Shown in pieces: positions 13,201 to 26,814 of a stretch of DNA of 64,000 nt. The notes under the pieces were generated by a model that was given only the letters and a program-made list of their open reading frames with translations, did no database searches and was not told the origin of the DNA. Source of the stretch: Rhizaria sp. SCN 62-66 (taxonomy: Eukaryota); contig MEDY01000127.1 in assembly GCA_001724265.1 (NCBI GenBank), positions 1-64,000 of the forward strand, in the 5' to 3' direction. Each line of letters starts with the position of its first letter. Position 1 is the first letter of the stretch. Both the position numbers and the translations under genes were made by a program.

Positions 13201-16200
13201 GCGTTAGTATCCGTGTTTGCGTTGTTCTTGTTAAAGCTTGATCTGGCTGACAGCGATAGTGGCTGCGAAAACGTCGCGCCAAGTGCAGAGCCAACCGTGC
13301 CGGGCCACGGTAACACGTCTAAAACACCAACGGGCGCACTCGGCTCCGAAGGCAACGGCAGTTCACTTCGAGCGTTTGTGACCGGAGCAGGACGACTACT
13401 CAGTGTTGTGGTTGCAGGCTTTGAGTGGAGTTCAGCTACACCTACACTGATGGCATTATAATTGATAGCGTCGTGAGGCGCGTTCTTGTTCTTATGTTTA
13501 GTGTAAACGGAGGTGTACATGTTGTTCGTGTTGATCGTGCGATTATGTGGTGATGCAACGAACGATTGCGACGCGCGCAAGAGCACCGACATTGTCGACA
13601 CTGGATCAAGCTCATCCTCTCGTTCCTGCAAATCCTGTGCGGTACTCCGTTCTTGTTTTTGTTCATCATGAATCGTATCCTCCGCTCCAGTTTGCGACAG
13701 ATCAAAATTTAGCTGCCTCTCAACATCATCCCTCCCACTGCTGGCAGCGTTAGAAGTTGTGCCGTTACGTAAAAATGTCAGTTTCTTTGTCACATATCCA
13801 CGAGATCTCGTTCTTGTCATTTCCCGTGCACGCGCCGCCGAAATGAGTGCCCGTTGCTCCTCCTGCAACGCGAGAGTCATGCACGCCTGGTCCAGCTTCT
13901 CCCGATAGAGCCGTTGCGGCAAAGACTCCGGATCCTGTGTGAACACACGTGCCGGTGATGGTGGTAGTGGCGGCAACAGCCGGGGCCGCGCCCGTGGTTG
14001 CCACGAGGAGCTGCTGCGCGCAGTGCTAGAAGAGCTGTAGGCGCTCGACTGACTGAGATCGTTTGCGTGAGTGCGAGCAAACTGCTGAGTGTGAGCGGAG
14101 CTAAGCCTGCCGACAGGCGCACCAGTCTGCGTCCCATCTTGACTTTGACTCTGAGCGGTAGATGCCACATCGCTATCAATGCGTTGATGCAGTGTGTTTG
14201 CGTTGTTCGATGAACCTGCGTTTCCTTCCAGCTCCTCCAGTGCCAACTCAGCGTCGCGGTACAGCTGATCCTGTACATCTTGTAACGACGTGATCATGCG
14301 ACGATTCGATGATGAGAACATCGACAGCAACGAGTTGCTCGGAACTGAACTGTCCGTCTTCTGCGCCAGTTGCTTCTGAACGCATGCTGCGTTGTTGGAG
14401 CCGCAGCTATCGCTGCGCTGAAAACGAGAACCTGTAACGCTCTTGTCTAAGTGGGGCTGTAATGGTGACAGCGGACCGTGCAGCATATTCGCAGCTGACA
14501 AAGACAAGGTCCTCACTTCCGACAGATGATGCTCCACCGCCAAGTGAGTCTGTGTGGGGGTAGAGACCAAGTGACTATGAGCACCATGGGTAAAAGTAAC
14601 AGTCGTCACGCTGCTGTTGCGAGTCATATTCAGTCCGGTAGCAGAGGATGTTGCCGGTGTACCATGGTCAACTCCAACGGTCTGCACTTCGCTCTGCGAA
14701 CGCGTGTTCGCGCGAGCGCTCGATAGATCTTTGCCATTGCGCTTGCGCTGTTGCAAGGAAGTCTACAACAACTCTGGTTTACTCTGGAACGACTGCTGTT
14801 GTTGTTTCAGGCGTGCGTACGGGTCGCCTTGGCTCGGCCACGGCGAAATCCCCTCTCCATCTCCGCTCGTCACGGAGTCACCGCCTGCCAGTGCAATGTA
14901 CGGAGGCGCAGGCACCGCGTGGCTGTCGAGCAAACAGCTCACATCGGTGTCGAGCTCCAGCTCGCACGTGGTGCGTTTGCGCACAGTGTTCACGTACGTT
15001 CCACCTGGTCCGACGTATGCGCCGCCGCGTTGGCCGCTAGCGCCCTTGGAAGTTGTCGTTTGCGGGTGCATGGCAGTGAGCGGCACATTGTCAGCAAGCC
15101 ATATCATCATCTTATTCCTCTGGTGCTTCGCATACGGAGCAGTCGCATCACAGTTAAGCAAACCATAATCGACGTGATTATTGACGTTATTGATGGTGTT
15201 GCTCTTCGTGTAAATGGTGTTGTTTTTGGTGTGAGATTGTGGATGAAATTGAGGCTGTGGCTCATCGCTCCACGGCGTTGGCTTGGGTATAAGAACTGCT
15301 GACAGCGTCAGCACCTTGATCAACTTTGCCAACTCAACATCAGCCGCATGGCTACGGCTGGAATCAGTCGACAGGGCGTTGTTGCACCTGCTATTCAAGG
15401 TCAATAAAACCATCTTGTTACTTGCCGTTGTGTCAGCATTGTTGCCGTTGCTGTTGGCGTTACTGGCGCTAGTACTAGGCGTATGAGGAGATACTACTTG
15501 CTTATTTTTGTGGCGAGAGTAAATCGAAGGCTTGCTCACAGTCGCCAGGCTCATAGTGACAGAAGTTTCAGATTTAGTGTCATTGTGCAGAGTGACTTTG
15601 CTATCAGCGCCAGCATCGTTGTTGTCGTCGTCATCGTTGATATCGTAGTGATCAGAAACAATACCAACACGCGCATTCACACTCACTGATAAAGCATTGC
15701 TAGCGCGTGCGCTTCTGGAGCTGTGGAGACGGATCGGCAGCGAAAGCCGCTTCAGGCCGGCGACCACTCGCTGCAAAACAGCGTTGACACTCACGCCAAC
15801 GGTCCCGAGCGAAGTTCCCTGCAAGAACCGGGCAGTTAATACAGTCTCCACGTCTGCGCCAGTACTGCTTACGGCCACCGCGCGCGCCGCCTAGACCCAG
15901 GAATCGGTAGTGCCCACGGTCCTGCTGCGGCGACACGGCAGCGGCCAGCGGAACCGGAACCCGCCCGCTCGGACCCTTACATCGCCCATGCCCCTTAAAT
16001 TGTTGTCGACAAGGAAGTGCAGCGAGTAGGGGAAGTTCGACTCGTACGGCTGGTAAACGCGCCCGAACACGCCGCCGCAAAGCAGCACGCTCGCCGCGGC
16101 AGCGACTGTGGCGGGGGCTGTCAGTAGGATTTTTAGGAACCGGCGCGGACGCGAGTGGTAGCCGAAGAACCTGTGAGCACGGATGACTTCAATGTTGTAC

Positions 16201-17231
16201 ACAAAGTCGATCACCTCAAGACCTGTCTGCATAGCGCTTGCGGCGCTCGCTGTAAAACCGGAAGAATTGTACGCCCGACTCGAGTAAGGCTGGTTGCCTT
16301 TGCCTCTGTCTGTCATGTTGTTGTTTTTACCGAGTGTTCCCGCCAGATGATGCAGCGTGGTTGGCGCACTGTCGCGTGCAGTGCCTACGGGTGCTTTAAT
16401 GGTACTAGTCGAGGTCAATGTCGCATTGGAAGTGGTACCAGCGCGATAAACACCACCGCTAGCACCACTGTAATGAGTGGAGCTTGCACCATTGCTGTTA
16501 TGAATACTGCTCACGGTCGAGTGAGTGATGTTATCGTTACTCTTGCTATTGTCGTAAGGGCCTGCGTCGTTATCGCTTTCGTTGTTGTTGTCGTCGTCGT
16601 CATCGTTGTTGTTGTTGTTGTTGTTGTTGTTGTTGCTATCGTTCATTGCGAATTCAGAATGCGCAGAAAGTGGCACCCCAGTTGCTGCTGGATTCGTCAC
16701 CGGTGTTGCTGTTGCTTGTGCAGATAATGGGAAGGTGTGACCTGCTTTAAGCGACGCGTGAAGTGACAACGCAGCCTCCAAAGCAACACCAAAGGCCTTC
16801 ACGTACACTTGCAACGCCAACGCGTCATAGTCAACATCGCACTCCGTCGAGCTCGCATTCGGGCTGTGTTGATGTGCATCGCTCTCTGTCGTCACGGGGC
16901 GAGCTTCTGCCGCGTTGCTGCGGTACCACGCTCGTAGGCCCGCAACTGCGCGCTCGTCTAGCTCGGTGTAGATGTAAGGGAAATAGTTGTGCACGTGCAA
17001 ACATGCGCGTTGTCCAGCGGGAGTGATGCCAAACAGCCGCACGACAGGGACACGGTACAGTGGCTTACCTGCAAACGGGGTGTGTGTCGCGTCAAGTCCC
17101 GGGAGTGGGCGACACTGTTCGTGATCGAACTCGACAAGTTGCATCTCGAAAGATGGCGTGGATTGTGCGGGACATGACCGCAGGAGTGGTGGCGGAGGAG
17201 GTGGGGGACCGAAGAAAGGTGGCCCGTCCAT
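4297..17231 (-). CDS. REV3: DNA polymerase zeta catalytic subunit REV3, exons 17231-6381 and 6255-4297 (~4269 aa) with four in-frame TAG codons
   Basis: N-terminal VPVVRLFGITPAGQRACLHVHNYFPYIY and YQPYESNFPYSLHFLVDNNLRGM; DPDVLIGYELQRASWGYL; RGSQIRVETML; VAVLDFRSLYPSIVIAYNMCYST; LKLVANVTYGYTSAGYSGRMPC|ELADAIVQTAR; VVYGDTDSVFV; KKRYVGY; C-terminal Cys clusters CYTC/CESC and CNTC/CVNADC. The ORF-track pieces join in frame across TAGs at 15891, 14763, 13110 and 4834 and one intron (6380-6256); ends TAA. Confidence 0.93.
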
Positions 17232-17976
17232 TCCGCTGCTACAGATGGGAGCCAGCAATATTAGAAAAAATAATTAAAGGATTATGAGTGAATGTTCTTC
17301 AACAATTGGTGGTGCCATCTGCACTTAGGTTAACGGATATTGTGAGTCCCTGCACTCATCCGAATATAGAAGCATCTTGGCGGGACGTACAGTATACATG
17401 ACTTCTCATCCTTTCAAAGTCAATTAACGCTAATTTGATCGTCAACACGGAAATTAACCCGAGATTCAATATTGAAATGTGTATGTCTCTTTATTTTGCT
17501 TATGGCGTCAGAAATTGACTTTTATTGTGACGACTCAGGCATCAGATCTTGATATTCGTCCAGTAATCGTTCATCCTGATCGCCCCAAAAAGTGAAATTA
17601 ACTGTGTATATAAACTGCGATGTACAAAATAAGCTCAATATCTGACGAAAATAGTTTTCTTTAAGATAGTGTAGACCGGTTATTAGTAAGAAAAACTGAA
17701 AAGACACACTAAAAACGACATGTCTGTTAGTAAAAACAAAAAGGATACAAAAAGCATATCCACTGTTGCTACACTTCACTTCACAACGCTCCTGATAGCT
17801 CTTATCAAACGTAAAAACTGCGTCACACAGACAAATATTAGTGAGTGTACACAGATTATGAATAAGAACAACTGCAACGAAACAAAAACCGCAAAATGCG
17901 TGTTAAAAAGTTCCGTCGCAAACCGACGTCAGAAGCTTCAAATCGGCGCGCCCTCATCTTCATACCTCCATAATCC

Positions 17977-20900
17977 TTAGAGCTTGCAGTAGTGGTTCAC
18001 AAGGAAGTCCATCCACGCCCTGTTGGCGTCGTCGGACCCGGCGTCAACGACGTAGAGCCGCTTTGTGCGGTCACCGACCTTGCGCACGCCGAGCACCTGC
18101 GCATCGCACGGGTAGCGCCGCTGTGTGTATGCCGCGCCCTCGAGCCACGAGACTTCGAGCCCGCTGCCGGCGTCGATCGAGCCCTGGAGCTGGAGCGCGA
18201 CGCGCTCGTCAGGCTTGTAGCTGTAGTAGTCGATCTTAGCACCGTTAATGACGAAGAAGCGCTCGTGCCAGGCGGGCCGCAGGATGAAGCCGCCGAGCTT
18301 GTAGAGCAGGCCTGACTGCAGGGTCGGCGCGAACGATGCTGGTACCACAGCAGGAGAGCCAGCAGCAGCGCCATCAGCGCCACCACTGCTCCCGTTGCCG
18401 CCGTTGCCGTTACTGTTGCCGCTGCTGCCGCCTGCGATGCTCGTGTTGGTATGCAGCGGGCTGGCGTGCATGTTGATGCCGGCGTTCCGCGCCTCGAGCT
18501 CCGCAGTCTTTGGCGGCGCGTATGCGACGCCGATGTTGTCCACGACGCTGTGCCGCGTGCCCGCGACGGAGCCGAGCAGCGTGAAGCCCGCGTGCTCCAT
18601 GAGCGCCGTGAGCGCCGACGCCCAGAGCTCGCCCGGCACGTACTGTGGCGGCTCCGCCAGCCCCGGTGGCAGCACGCTCGGCCGGGGGTTTAGCAGCAGG
18701 TGGAAGCACGCGCCGTCGGTGAAGGTGATCGTCAGGGCGTGGTCAGGGCGCGTCAAGAGCGCCGCCGCCTCGGCCGCGGAGAGACGGGTGAGTCCGGTCA
18801 TGTTGACGCCGCCAGAGCTGGCGCTGTTTGATCCCTTGCCAGCGGCGTTGGAGCAAGACGCGACGCCGCCGCCGCTGCTGTTGTTCTTGGCGTTGCTGCC
18901 ATCACTGTTGCTGTTGATGTTATTGCTCGCAGCTGCGCTCGGACTAGAGCAGCCGAAACCGTTGCTGCCAGAGCTAGAGCTCGACGTGTTATTGCTGGCC
19001 TGTGCGGGCGTCATCGGCAGCGCCGTGGGCAGCGGCGAGGGGAAGATGGCGGGGTGGGGCCCGATGATGATTTCCGCGATCGTCTCGACGGGCCGCAGCA
19101 CCACTGCGCACGGGGGCGGCACGCTCGCACCGTTCGCGCCGGCACTCGTCGCGGCAGAGCTTGCGGCAAAGGAAGCGAAGGGGCGCGTGTGCGAGTTGTT
19201 GATGATGAGCGGCAGTGCGCTGACGCTGCTCGCGTTGGCGGCGCTGTTTCTCGCCTGCTGCTGCTGCTGCTGCTGAGTGTGGAGGCCGAACGCGGAAGTG
19301 ACGGATGCGCGGCGCAGGCTCTCGCAGTCGTCGCCGATGCTCACGCCGGCGCTGCTGCGACCGCTGCTGCTGCTGCTGCTGTGCGCCGCGCCCGCGCTCC
19401 CGCCCGCGCCCGCGCTCGCAGCGGCCGCGCCGCCGTTGCTGGCGTTGACGGCCGTGTTGGCGTTCACGATCGGGTGCACGTAGGTCGCGCACTGCGTGTA
19501 AAACACGTTGGCCTGGCTCACAAAGCCGCCCCGGAAGGCCAGGTAGCCGATCGTCGACCGCGCCCACCCGCTGCCGCTGCCCGCGGCGCTAGAGCCTGCG
19601 GAGGAGCCAGTGCCAATCCCGATGTTGCTGTTGGCGTCGAGCAGCGCGTTTACGTCACTGGCGGGCACCCACGACAGGTGCAGGGGGACGCGTGAGGCCG
19701 CGGGGGCGGACTTCTGGAGCCCCGGCGCGTAGGGCGAGCTGGTCTTGTGCAGGCGCTGCGAAAGGGCGCGCAGCGGGGCGCCGGTGGGGACGCGCAGCAG
19801 CGACGCCAGCAGGGAGCTGGGCGCGATCGTGCTGCTCACGCTGCTCGAGGCCGTGTTGTACACGGTGCCGTTGCTATTGTTGCTGCTAGAGACGTTGTTG
19901 TTGTGACTCTTCGAACTGCTCGAGTTCTGGGTCGCGCTGTTGTTGCTGTTGTTGCCGTTGTTGTTGTTCGTTAAGTAAGGGGAAGGAGTGGCAGGAGACA
20001 AGGGGACGTCGATGGCGCTCTGAGCAGCACCCTGGCTCGGAACACTAGGACTATTTGCGTCGTAAGTCTCGTTGTTGAAGAACGTGAACAGGTCCAAGGT
20101 GTCTTCGTCCCCGTCAGCAGCAGTGCCAGCAGCGCTGTCGCTGTTGTTGCTGCTGAGCGCGCTCGGATACGTCGCCAGCCGCTGAGGAGTACCGCTATTG
20201 TTGTTAGCGCTGGTATTGTTGTTGTTGGTATTGTTGGTGGTGGTGGTGGTGGTGTTGCGGGGACTGACGGCGAGGCCGGTCCGGGGGGGAATGGGCGGTG
20301 GAACGCCACCGCTAGCACCAACATTGACACGCAGACCACTCGCGCTACTGGCGGCAGCGTTCGCGCTTTCGTGAGAACCAGCACTGTGAGCGGCGCTGGT
20401 GGTGTTGGCCGCGGTGTTGTCGTGGATGTTTGACGTCAGCCGGTCGATCAGCGCGCGCACACACTCGCGGTGCGCCGCGCTCAGCAGCGGGTTGATCGTC
20501 CACACGATCGCGCTCGAGGTACTTGCCCCGGCCGCGGCACTGGCACCGCGCGCGCCCGCGGACGGCGACGTCGCGCTTGTGGGCGTGACCCCGGCGGCCG
20601 CGGCCGAGGCGAAAGCGAGGGTGCTCGTGCGGCGCATCTTGGCCGAGTTGACGCTGTGCATATACGATGCGCTGTTGGGCGCGTTGGTGATGTAGCGCAG
20701 GTCGTCGTCCTTCTTGTCGCCCGCGAACGGGTTGCTCTTGCTCGAGTTGCTGTTGGTGGGGGAAGCGGCGCTGCTGGAGCCGGCGCTCGCGCGGCCGCTC
20801 GAGAGGTTGCTCGACTTTGCGTGCGCAGCATGGTTGTTGTTGTTGTTAAAGCTATGGCTGTTGTTATTGTGACCGTTGGCGCCGACGTCGTCGCAGTAGT

Positions 20901-21064
20901 AGTCGTTGCCCACAGTCAATGGCACCGGCTGCAGCAACTGCAGCTGACGCTGCAGTTGCGACGGCGACTGCGATGCGCTGGAGGGCACGTCGACGGAAAC
21001 AATGCGTGACTGCGCGTTGCTGGACCTCGGACTCAGCACCTTGCCGCTGGAGCCAGAGCTGTTG

Positions 21065-21100
<36 letters not shown>

Positions 21101-22549
21101 TTGTTGTTGCTGTTGTTGTTGTTGTTGCTGTTGTGGCTGTTGCTACTGTTGTTGTTCGAGAAGCCCCACGGAAGCGACGGCGCTGCGTACGTGACGTTGC
21201 GCGTGCGCATGCTGATGCCGCCGCCGCTGTTGACGCCACTGCCGCTGCCGTTGCCATCCGGCTCCGCCCCGGGCTCGGCCGCGGCCGCCGCTGCAGCCGC
21301 CGCCGCCGCCGCGACCGCCGCGGCCGTGGGGGTGACTGAGCTAATCGAGGCCGCAAGACGACGCTTGTAGCTCGTGCTGTTGTAACCAGTGCCTGCGCCC
21401 GACTCGGCCCCTGAGGCCGAAGTTAAGCCGCCCTTGCTCGGGCTGCCGTGCACCGACATGTGGCTACTGAGTCCCGTCGCGCTGCCCAGCCCGAACGCGC
21501 CGCCGGCGTTTCTGGCGGCGGACGCCAGCACTCCCTTGGCCCCCGCTGCGTCGGCGCTCTCGTAGCCCGCGACGGCGCGCGCGAGCAGTGCGCGGCCCGA
21601 CTGGCCTGGGAAGAGCGGCTCCTTGGGGAAGTCGAGGTGCGAGAAGACGCAGCCGGCGCGCAGCACGCGCATCCACGGCGTCGCCAGCAGCGCGTCCAGC
21701 ACCGGGTCCGAGCTGGGCGCGGCGACAGCGGCCGAGGGCGGCAGGGCGGAGACGCTGGGGGCGACGGCGAAGGCGACGGCGTTGGCGACAGCGCTGGTGA
21801 CGGAAGCTGTGTCCGTGACTGTGGTGACAGCGGCGGTAGTGACAGCAGCAGTATCGCCGGCGGTGGTCGCAGTGTCGTCCATCGCGCTAGCCGCGGCTTC
21901 AGTAGTTGTTGCTGTTGTTGCCTGCTCAGTGGCAGACGCGTCAGTCGTCGCCGCAGTTGTGTCGTTGTTGTTGTCGTTGTCGAACAGAGACATCAGGTTA
22001 CTGCTGCTACCGCCAGCGGTTTTGCTGCCGCTCCTCGCAGTCTCGATCGGTTCAGCCGTGGTGGCGGGGGGCGCGGGCTGCAGCATCGCCATCCCGCCGC
22101 GGCGGCCGGCCACACTGCCGCTCACGCTGTGGCCGCCGGCGCCGGGGTAGACCGCCGAGCCGCTGCGGCCGAGCGCCGCCTCGGTGCCCGCGCGGCCGCG
22201 GCCCCAGCCAGTCATGCTCACGCTCACGCTCGCCGCGCGGCCGGCCTCCTGCGGGGACGGCTGCTGCTGCTGGGCGTTGAGAGCCGAGAAGACGGAGACG
22301 CCGCTGACACAGCTGTTGATGGAGTTGTAGTTGCTGTAGTCGCCTGCGTGGTACTGCGACGGGGCCAGTGACGGCACGCCCGCGATGCGCTGCCGCTGCC
22401 GCTGTCTAACCGCGCTGGCGCTCGTGCTGGCTGTGTCGTCGGTGTCGTCGCCGTCACTTTGTGGCGGTGGCGGCGGCGCGTCGTTGTCACAATCGCCGCC
22501 AGCGTTGTCGCCGTCGTTGTCCTCATCGATGCTCACGACACCGCTGCCA

Positions 22550-22581
<32 letters not shown>

Positions 22582-25500
22582 GGTCTTGGCCGCGGTGCCA
22601 ACGACGGCGACGCTGTTGCGCTGCGCTGTGGCCTTCTTCTGTTGCTGTGCGGGCGACGCGGCGGGCGCGGGCGGCTTGGTCGTGGTGAGGTAGGATGCCA
22701 CGACGGTGCAGCGGCGGGCGGCCTTGCCGGTTCTAGCGGCTCTAACGCCGGTGAGACCGGCGCCGACACCGCGTGCACTCGGAATAGTGCTCGCACTTGC
22801 AGTCGCCACCGCGCCGCCCGTCTTGGCCCCGGCCTCGCGATTGACGACAACGGTAGGGCTGTCCGGCTTTGCGTTGTTCTCGGCACCGTCGTCAGTATTG
22901 GTCGCAAGGACAGAGAACGCGTCATAGACGGAGCCGCCCGCGGCCCCCGCGGTCGCCGCCACCGCAGCCGCCGCTGCCGCCGCCGCCGCCGGAGTCAGGG
23001 AGTAGTGCCGCGCGAGGGCGTTGGCCGCGCGCCGCTTCTCTTTCGTCTCCTTACTCACAGCCACATCAGCGGCGTCAGCACTCGTCGACGGCGCGCCCTC
23101 ACGGGTGCTGGCGGTCACGCCGTTGAACACGCTGCCGCGGTGGCGCGCGGCCTTGCTGCCCCCGAGAGCGGCGCTGTTGTTCGCGGTTGCGGTGAACGCG
23201 AGGGGCGATGTGTCGAAGTTATCGTAGCCTTCGTCGTCATCGTCGTCGTAGTAGTCGCCGCCAGCGTCACCAGCGTCCTCATCGTCGTCGTCGTCGTCGC
23301 CGTCATCGGTCGCGTTGAAGTTGAAGTTGTCGCTGATGCCATTGACAGTGTCGCCGTAGTCGCCGTTGACAGACGAGCACACAGCGATGGCGTTGCCGGT
23401 GCTCGCGGCGTCGCACTGGTAGCCGAACACGTCGCTTTGGTTGTTCGTTGGGCTCGCCACAGCACCAGTCTGATCGTCATCTTGGCTGGCATTGTTGTAT
23501 ACATACTCATACGCACCTGTGTTCGCAGCAGAATGCGTCGAGAGACGGGCTTGCTTTGCCTTTGCGTTGCTCTTGTCGCTGGTGCGCTTGTTGTGCTGCG
23601 CAAGCTGCGACAAAGCGAGAGTCATCGCCAAGTTGAACGACTTGAACGGCAAATCAACGGCATCGTTGTTTTGGACGGCCGACTTACTAGGGACAACAGG
23701 AGTACTGACATGGGTATAAGTAGGCCTCGGTGGAGGATCCTTCGACAGTTTAGTCGCATACTCAACCTCGCTCTCCGTTTGCACCAAGAACATCGCGATC
23801 GCAGCAGCGCGCTCTTGCGCGCTAAACACACCGTGCTGGGTGCGAATCAGCACGTCGTCACTCTCTAGCACGCGGGGGCCGTCGTCGTCGGCGGCGGTGA
23901 CTTGGGGAGCCACTCTGCCGCTGCGCTCCACGGCGTCGTCGACAGTGTTCGTGGTAACGCCCGTGTTCGCAATAGCAATAGCCTCAGCCTCAGGCTCAGT
24001 TGCGACAGCAATCTCCGCCACAGCGCTGACTTCAGTCTCCGTTGCAACCGCAGCAGCCTCAGCAGTGGCAGAAGTGGCAGCAGGCGCAGATACAGCCACG
24101 GCAACAAACGAGCTCTTGCTAATTGGGCCATCACTGCTGCTTCCACTACTGCTCTGCTGATGCAGCTGCTGCTGTTGTTGTTGCTGTTGTTGCTGTTGCT
24201 GGGCGAGTGCAAGCGCCGCCGTGGTCGCGCTGCCCGCGCGGTAGTAGTAATTGCTCGAGTCCGGCGACTGCGAGCGCGCAACAAACCCGGTCCCCACGAC
24301 CCCCGCGGCCTGACGCACCCGTCCAGGCGACTGTGAGCCCCCACCGCCCACGGTCACGCCGGGAGACTGTGAGCGCGCAAGCTTGCCGGGGGACTGCGAC
24401 CTGCCGCTGCCCCTGCCGCCGCCGCCGCCGCGGCCACTGCCGCCGCCGCTGTTGCTGCTGCTGCTTGTGGTCGCGTTAGCGGCGGCCACGACGGGCGACT
24501 GCGAGCGAGCGACGAACCCGCTGTTGGCCGCGGTCAACAGCACAGCGCCGGTGGCACTGAGATCGACGTCGTGCGCCACCGGGGCCTGCGCCTGTGCCTG
24601 CTGCTGCGGCTGCTGTCCGTCGGGACTATGTTGCCCCTGCTGCTGCTGCTGAAGCAAGAGAGCCAGGGGCAGGGGCGACCGCGCGGGCGTGGGGCGCCGG
24701 ATCGCCAGCGTCGTGAGGCTGTGGGCCGACGCGGACGCGTGCAGGGAGTGGCCGTGCGCGCCGCCGCCGCCGCTGCTGCCGCCGCCGCCGCGCGAGTGAG
24801 CGTGGGCGTTGCTGCGGTGGCCGCGGGGCTTGTAGTACTGGCTGTGCGCGGTCGCCGCGCTGCCGCTGGCGACACTCGAGCCGCTCACGCTATCGTGGCC
24901 GTGGCCGTGGCCGTGGCCGATCGCTTTGCTCTTGCTGTGATCGAGCGCGGTGATGTTGTCGGGCGACGGGGACGGAGACAGGGGAGGCGACCGAGACCAG
25001 TTGGACTCGGCAGGGAGGTTCATGTTGACGAGGTTACCATGTGCGTCATACTGCTGCTGCTGATGTTGCTGCATTTGCAGATGTTGCTGCTGCTGTTGCT
25101 GCTGCTGTTGCTGTTGCAACATCTGCTGTTGTTGCTGCTGCTGCTGCTGCTCTTGCGCTTGTTGCTGCTGCAAATGCTGCTGGATATGGAGCTGCGTCGA
25201 GTAAAAGAGCCAAAACAGCTTCTGCTGCCTCTCATCCAGCGTCTCGAGCGCCACGCCCTGTCCCGCCGCCGCCGCCGCCGCGGCCGCCGGCACAGCGGTC
25301 AGCGGCGACATCGTCAGTGACAGCGCCGTAGGCGTGACGGCCTCGGCGACGGTGTTGGCGCAGCTATTGTTGTTGTTGATGTTGAGCATGGGCAGGTGCG
25401 CGTGCGCGTGCGTGGCGATGGCAGTAGGGTTGTTGTGATTGTTGTTGGTATTGTTGTCGTAGCCGTCATAGCCGGTGGCAACGTTGTCGCTGCTGAGCGC

Positions 25501-26263
25501 CTGCAAGTGGTACTCCAGCCCTGTCACCGCGCCGCCGTGGGGGGGCCCGCCCACGCCGGCGGTGATGACGCCCGCAGTGTTCATGCTCGCGTCGTTGGTG
25601 GCGCCGGACATGTTAAAGTTAGGCTGGTGTAGCGCCCGGGCCGCCGCCGCCACCGCCGCGGGCGCCGCAGCCGCAGCCGCCGCGGCCACGGCGGCCGCGG
25701 CCCGGTTGTTGCCGCCTGCGGGGTCGGCGGTGTCGTCGTCCTCGAGGGGCGGCGGCGGCGGCGGTGGCGATAGGGGCGGCGATGGCAACGCGGGGGAAAA
25801 ACGGACGCGGCCGATCGCCGCGGCCACGGCGGCGGCGGCGGCGGCGCGCACGGTCACAGAGCCGTTGATATGGTGCTGCGGGACGATGGACTCAATCGGG
25901 TCGCCGAAGTTGCCACCGCGGCTGAGCATAGCAGACGCGGCCGCGGTCGCCGTCACGAAGGCGGAGTGGGGGCCCAGCGCCGTGAGAGACTTCGACAGCA
26001 GGTCGAGCTCGTCGCTGCAGCGGGCAAAGGAAAAACACGAAAAGGGGATAATGAAGTGTTAATGGGTGTTTGGTAAGCGGAAACTTCGAATATATGTCGA
26101 TGCATCAGTGCACGTGTTTGTTGTGTGGAGATATAGGTAGTTTTGTGGAGACGTACATGTCAAGGCCTGCGATCGAAGTAATCGCGACACTGGTGCGGTG
26201 GTTACCCCGCATCTTGTGGCGCTCAGAGTGGTAGCCAGGAGCCACCGGTTGCAAACGCGACAT
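17977..26263 (-). CDS. Giant low-complexity protein with C-terminal PH domain and probably a second, split PH domain; exons 26263-26157 and 26014-17977 (~2714 aa)
   Basis: C-terminus QSGLLYKLGG...WHERFFVING..IDYY...LQGSID...YVVDAGSDDANRAWMDFL is a canonical PH pattern. Upstream ATG exon joins in phase 2 via a GTACGT...CAG intron (26156-26015). Poly-Q/N/S/A tracts; ends TAA. Confidence 0.8.
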
Positions 26264-26814
26264 GGCGTAGCAAGCTGGTTGTCACTAAAAACAAACGCGC
26301 GCTCCGTCTCTGTCTCAAAAGGGGTTTTTGCTGCATTTGGGGAAGGGGAAGGAATAAGGCAGGATGAGAGTGCTGGGATAGCAGTTCAAACGCGTTGTCA
26401 AGAGAATTAATAGAAATGCTACATAGAATTTAAAGCTCACTGGTCAATGTGCAGCATGCACCGATATTGACGCTCAGACACGAGAGATATAGAAGCGCGA
26501 AGTTCGGCTCCCAGCACACGCTCCTCCGAGCAACGTCGCTGCTGTCGTGGCTCGTGCCCGTTCGGGGATAGATATGCATCGCCAGCGTACACTCCTCTGA
26601 TCGTCGAGATCGGTTAACGATATTTTTTTAGTGGTATTCGACTCTATACTTCATTATATTTCTTGGATACCTCTCTGACTTTCTCTTGTCGTGTGTTATT
26701 CCCACTTTCTTCCCCTCGCCTCACCAAGCGCACGCCGCGTGCACGCGCAAGCCACCTTAACTGCTTCCTAGCATCTCTGGTATCGACTGTTGTACAGCTC
26801 TCCTGTCTGTCACC

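Noticed and set aside
4297-17258. REV3, ORC2 and ABC1 kinase as pseudogenes or as several separate genes, as the ORF track suggests
   Set aside because: Catalytic motifs are intact, there are no frameshifts, and every interruption is the same codon (TAG) in frame.
17391-17409. Out-of-frame upstream ATGs in a putative REV3 5'-UTR exon
   Set aside because: Depends on GTACGT at 17390 being a real donor; it overlaps the candidate promoter motif and the transcript start is unknown.
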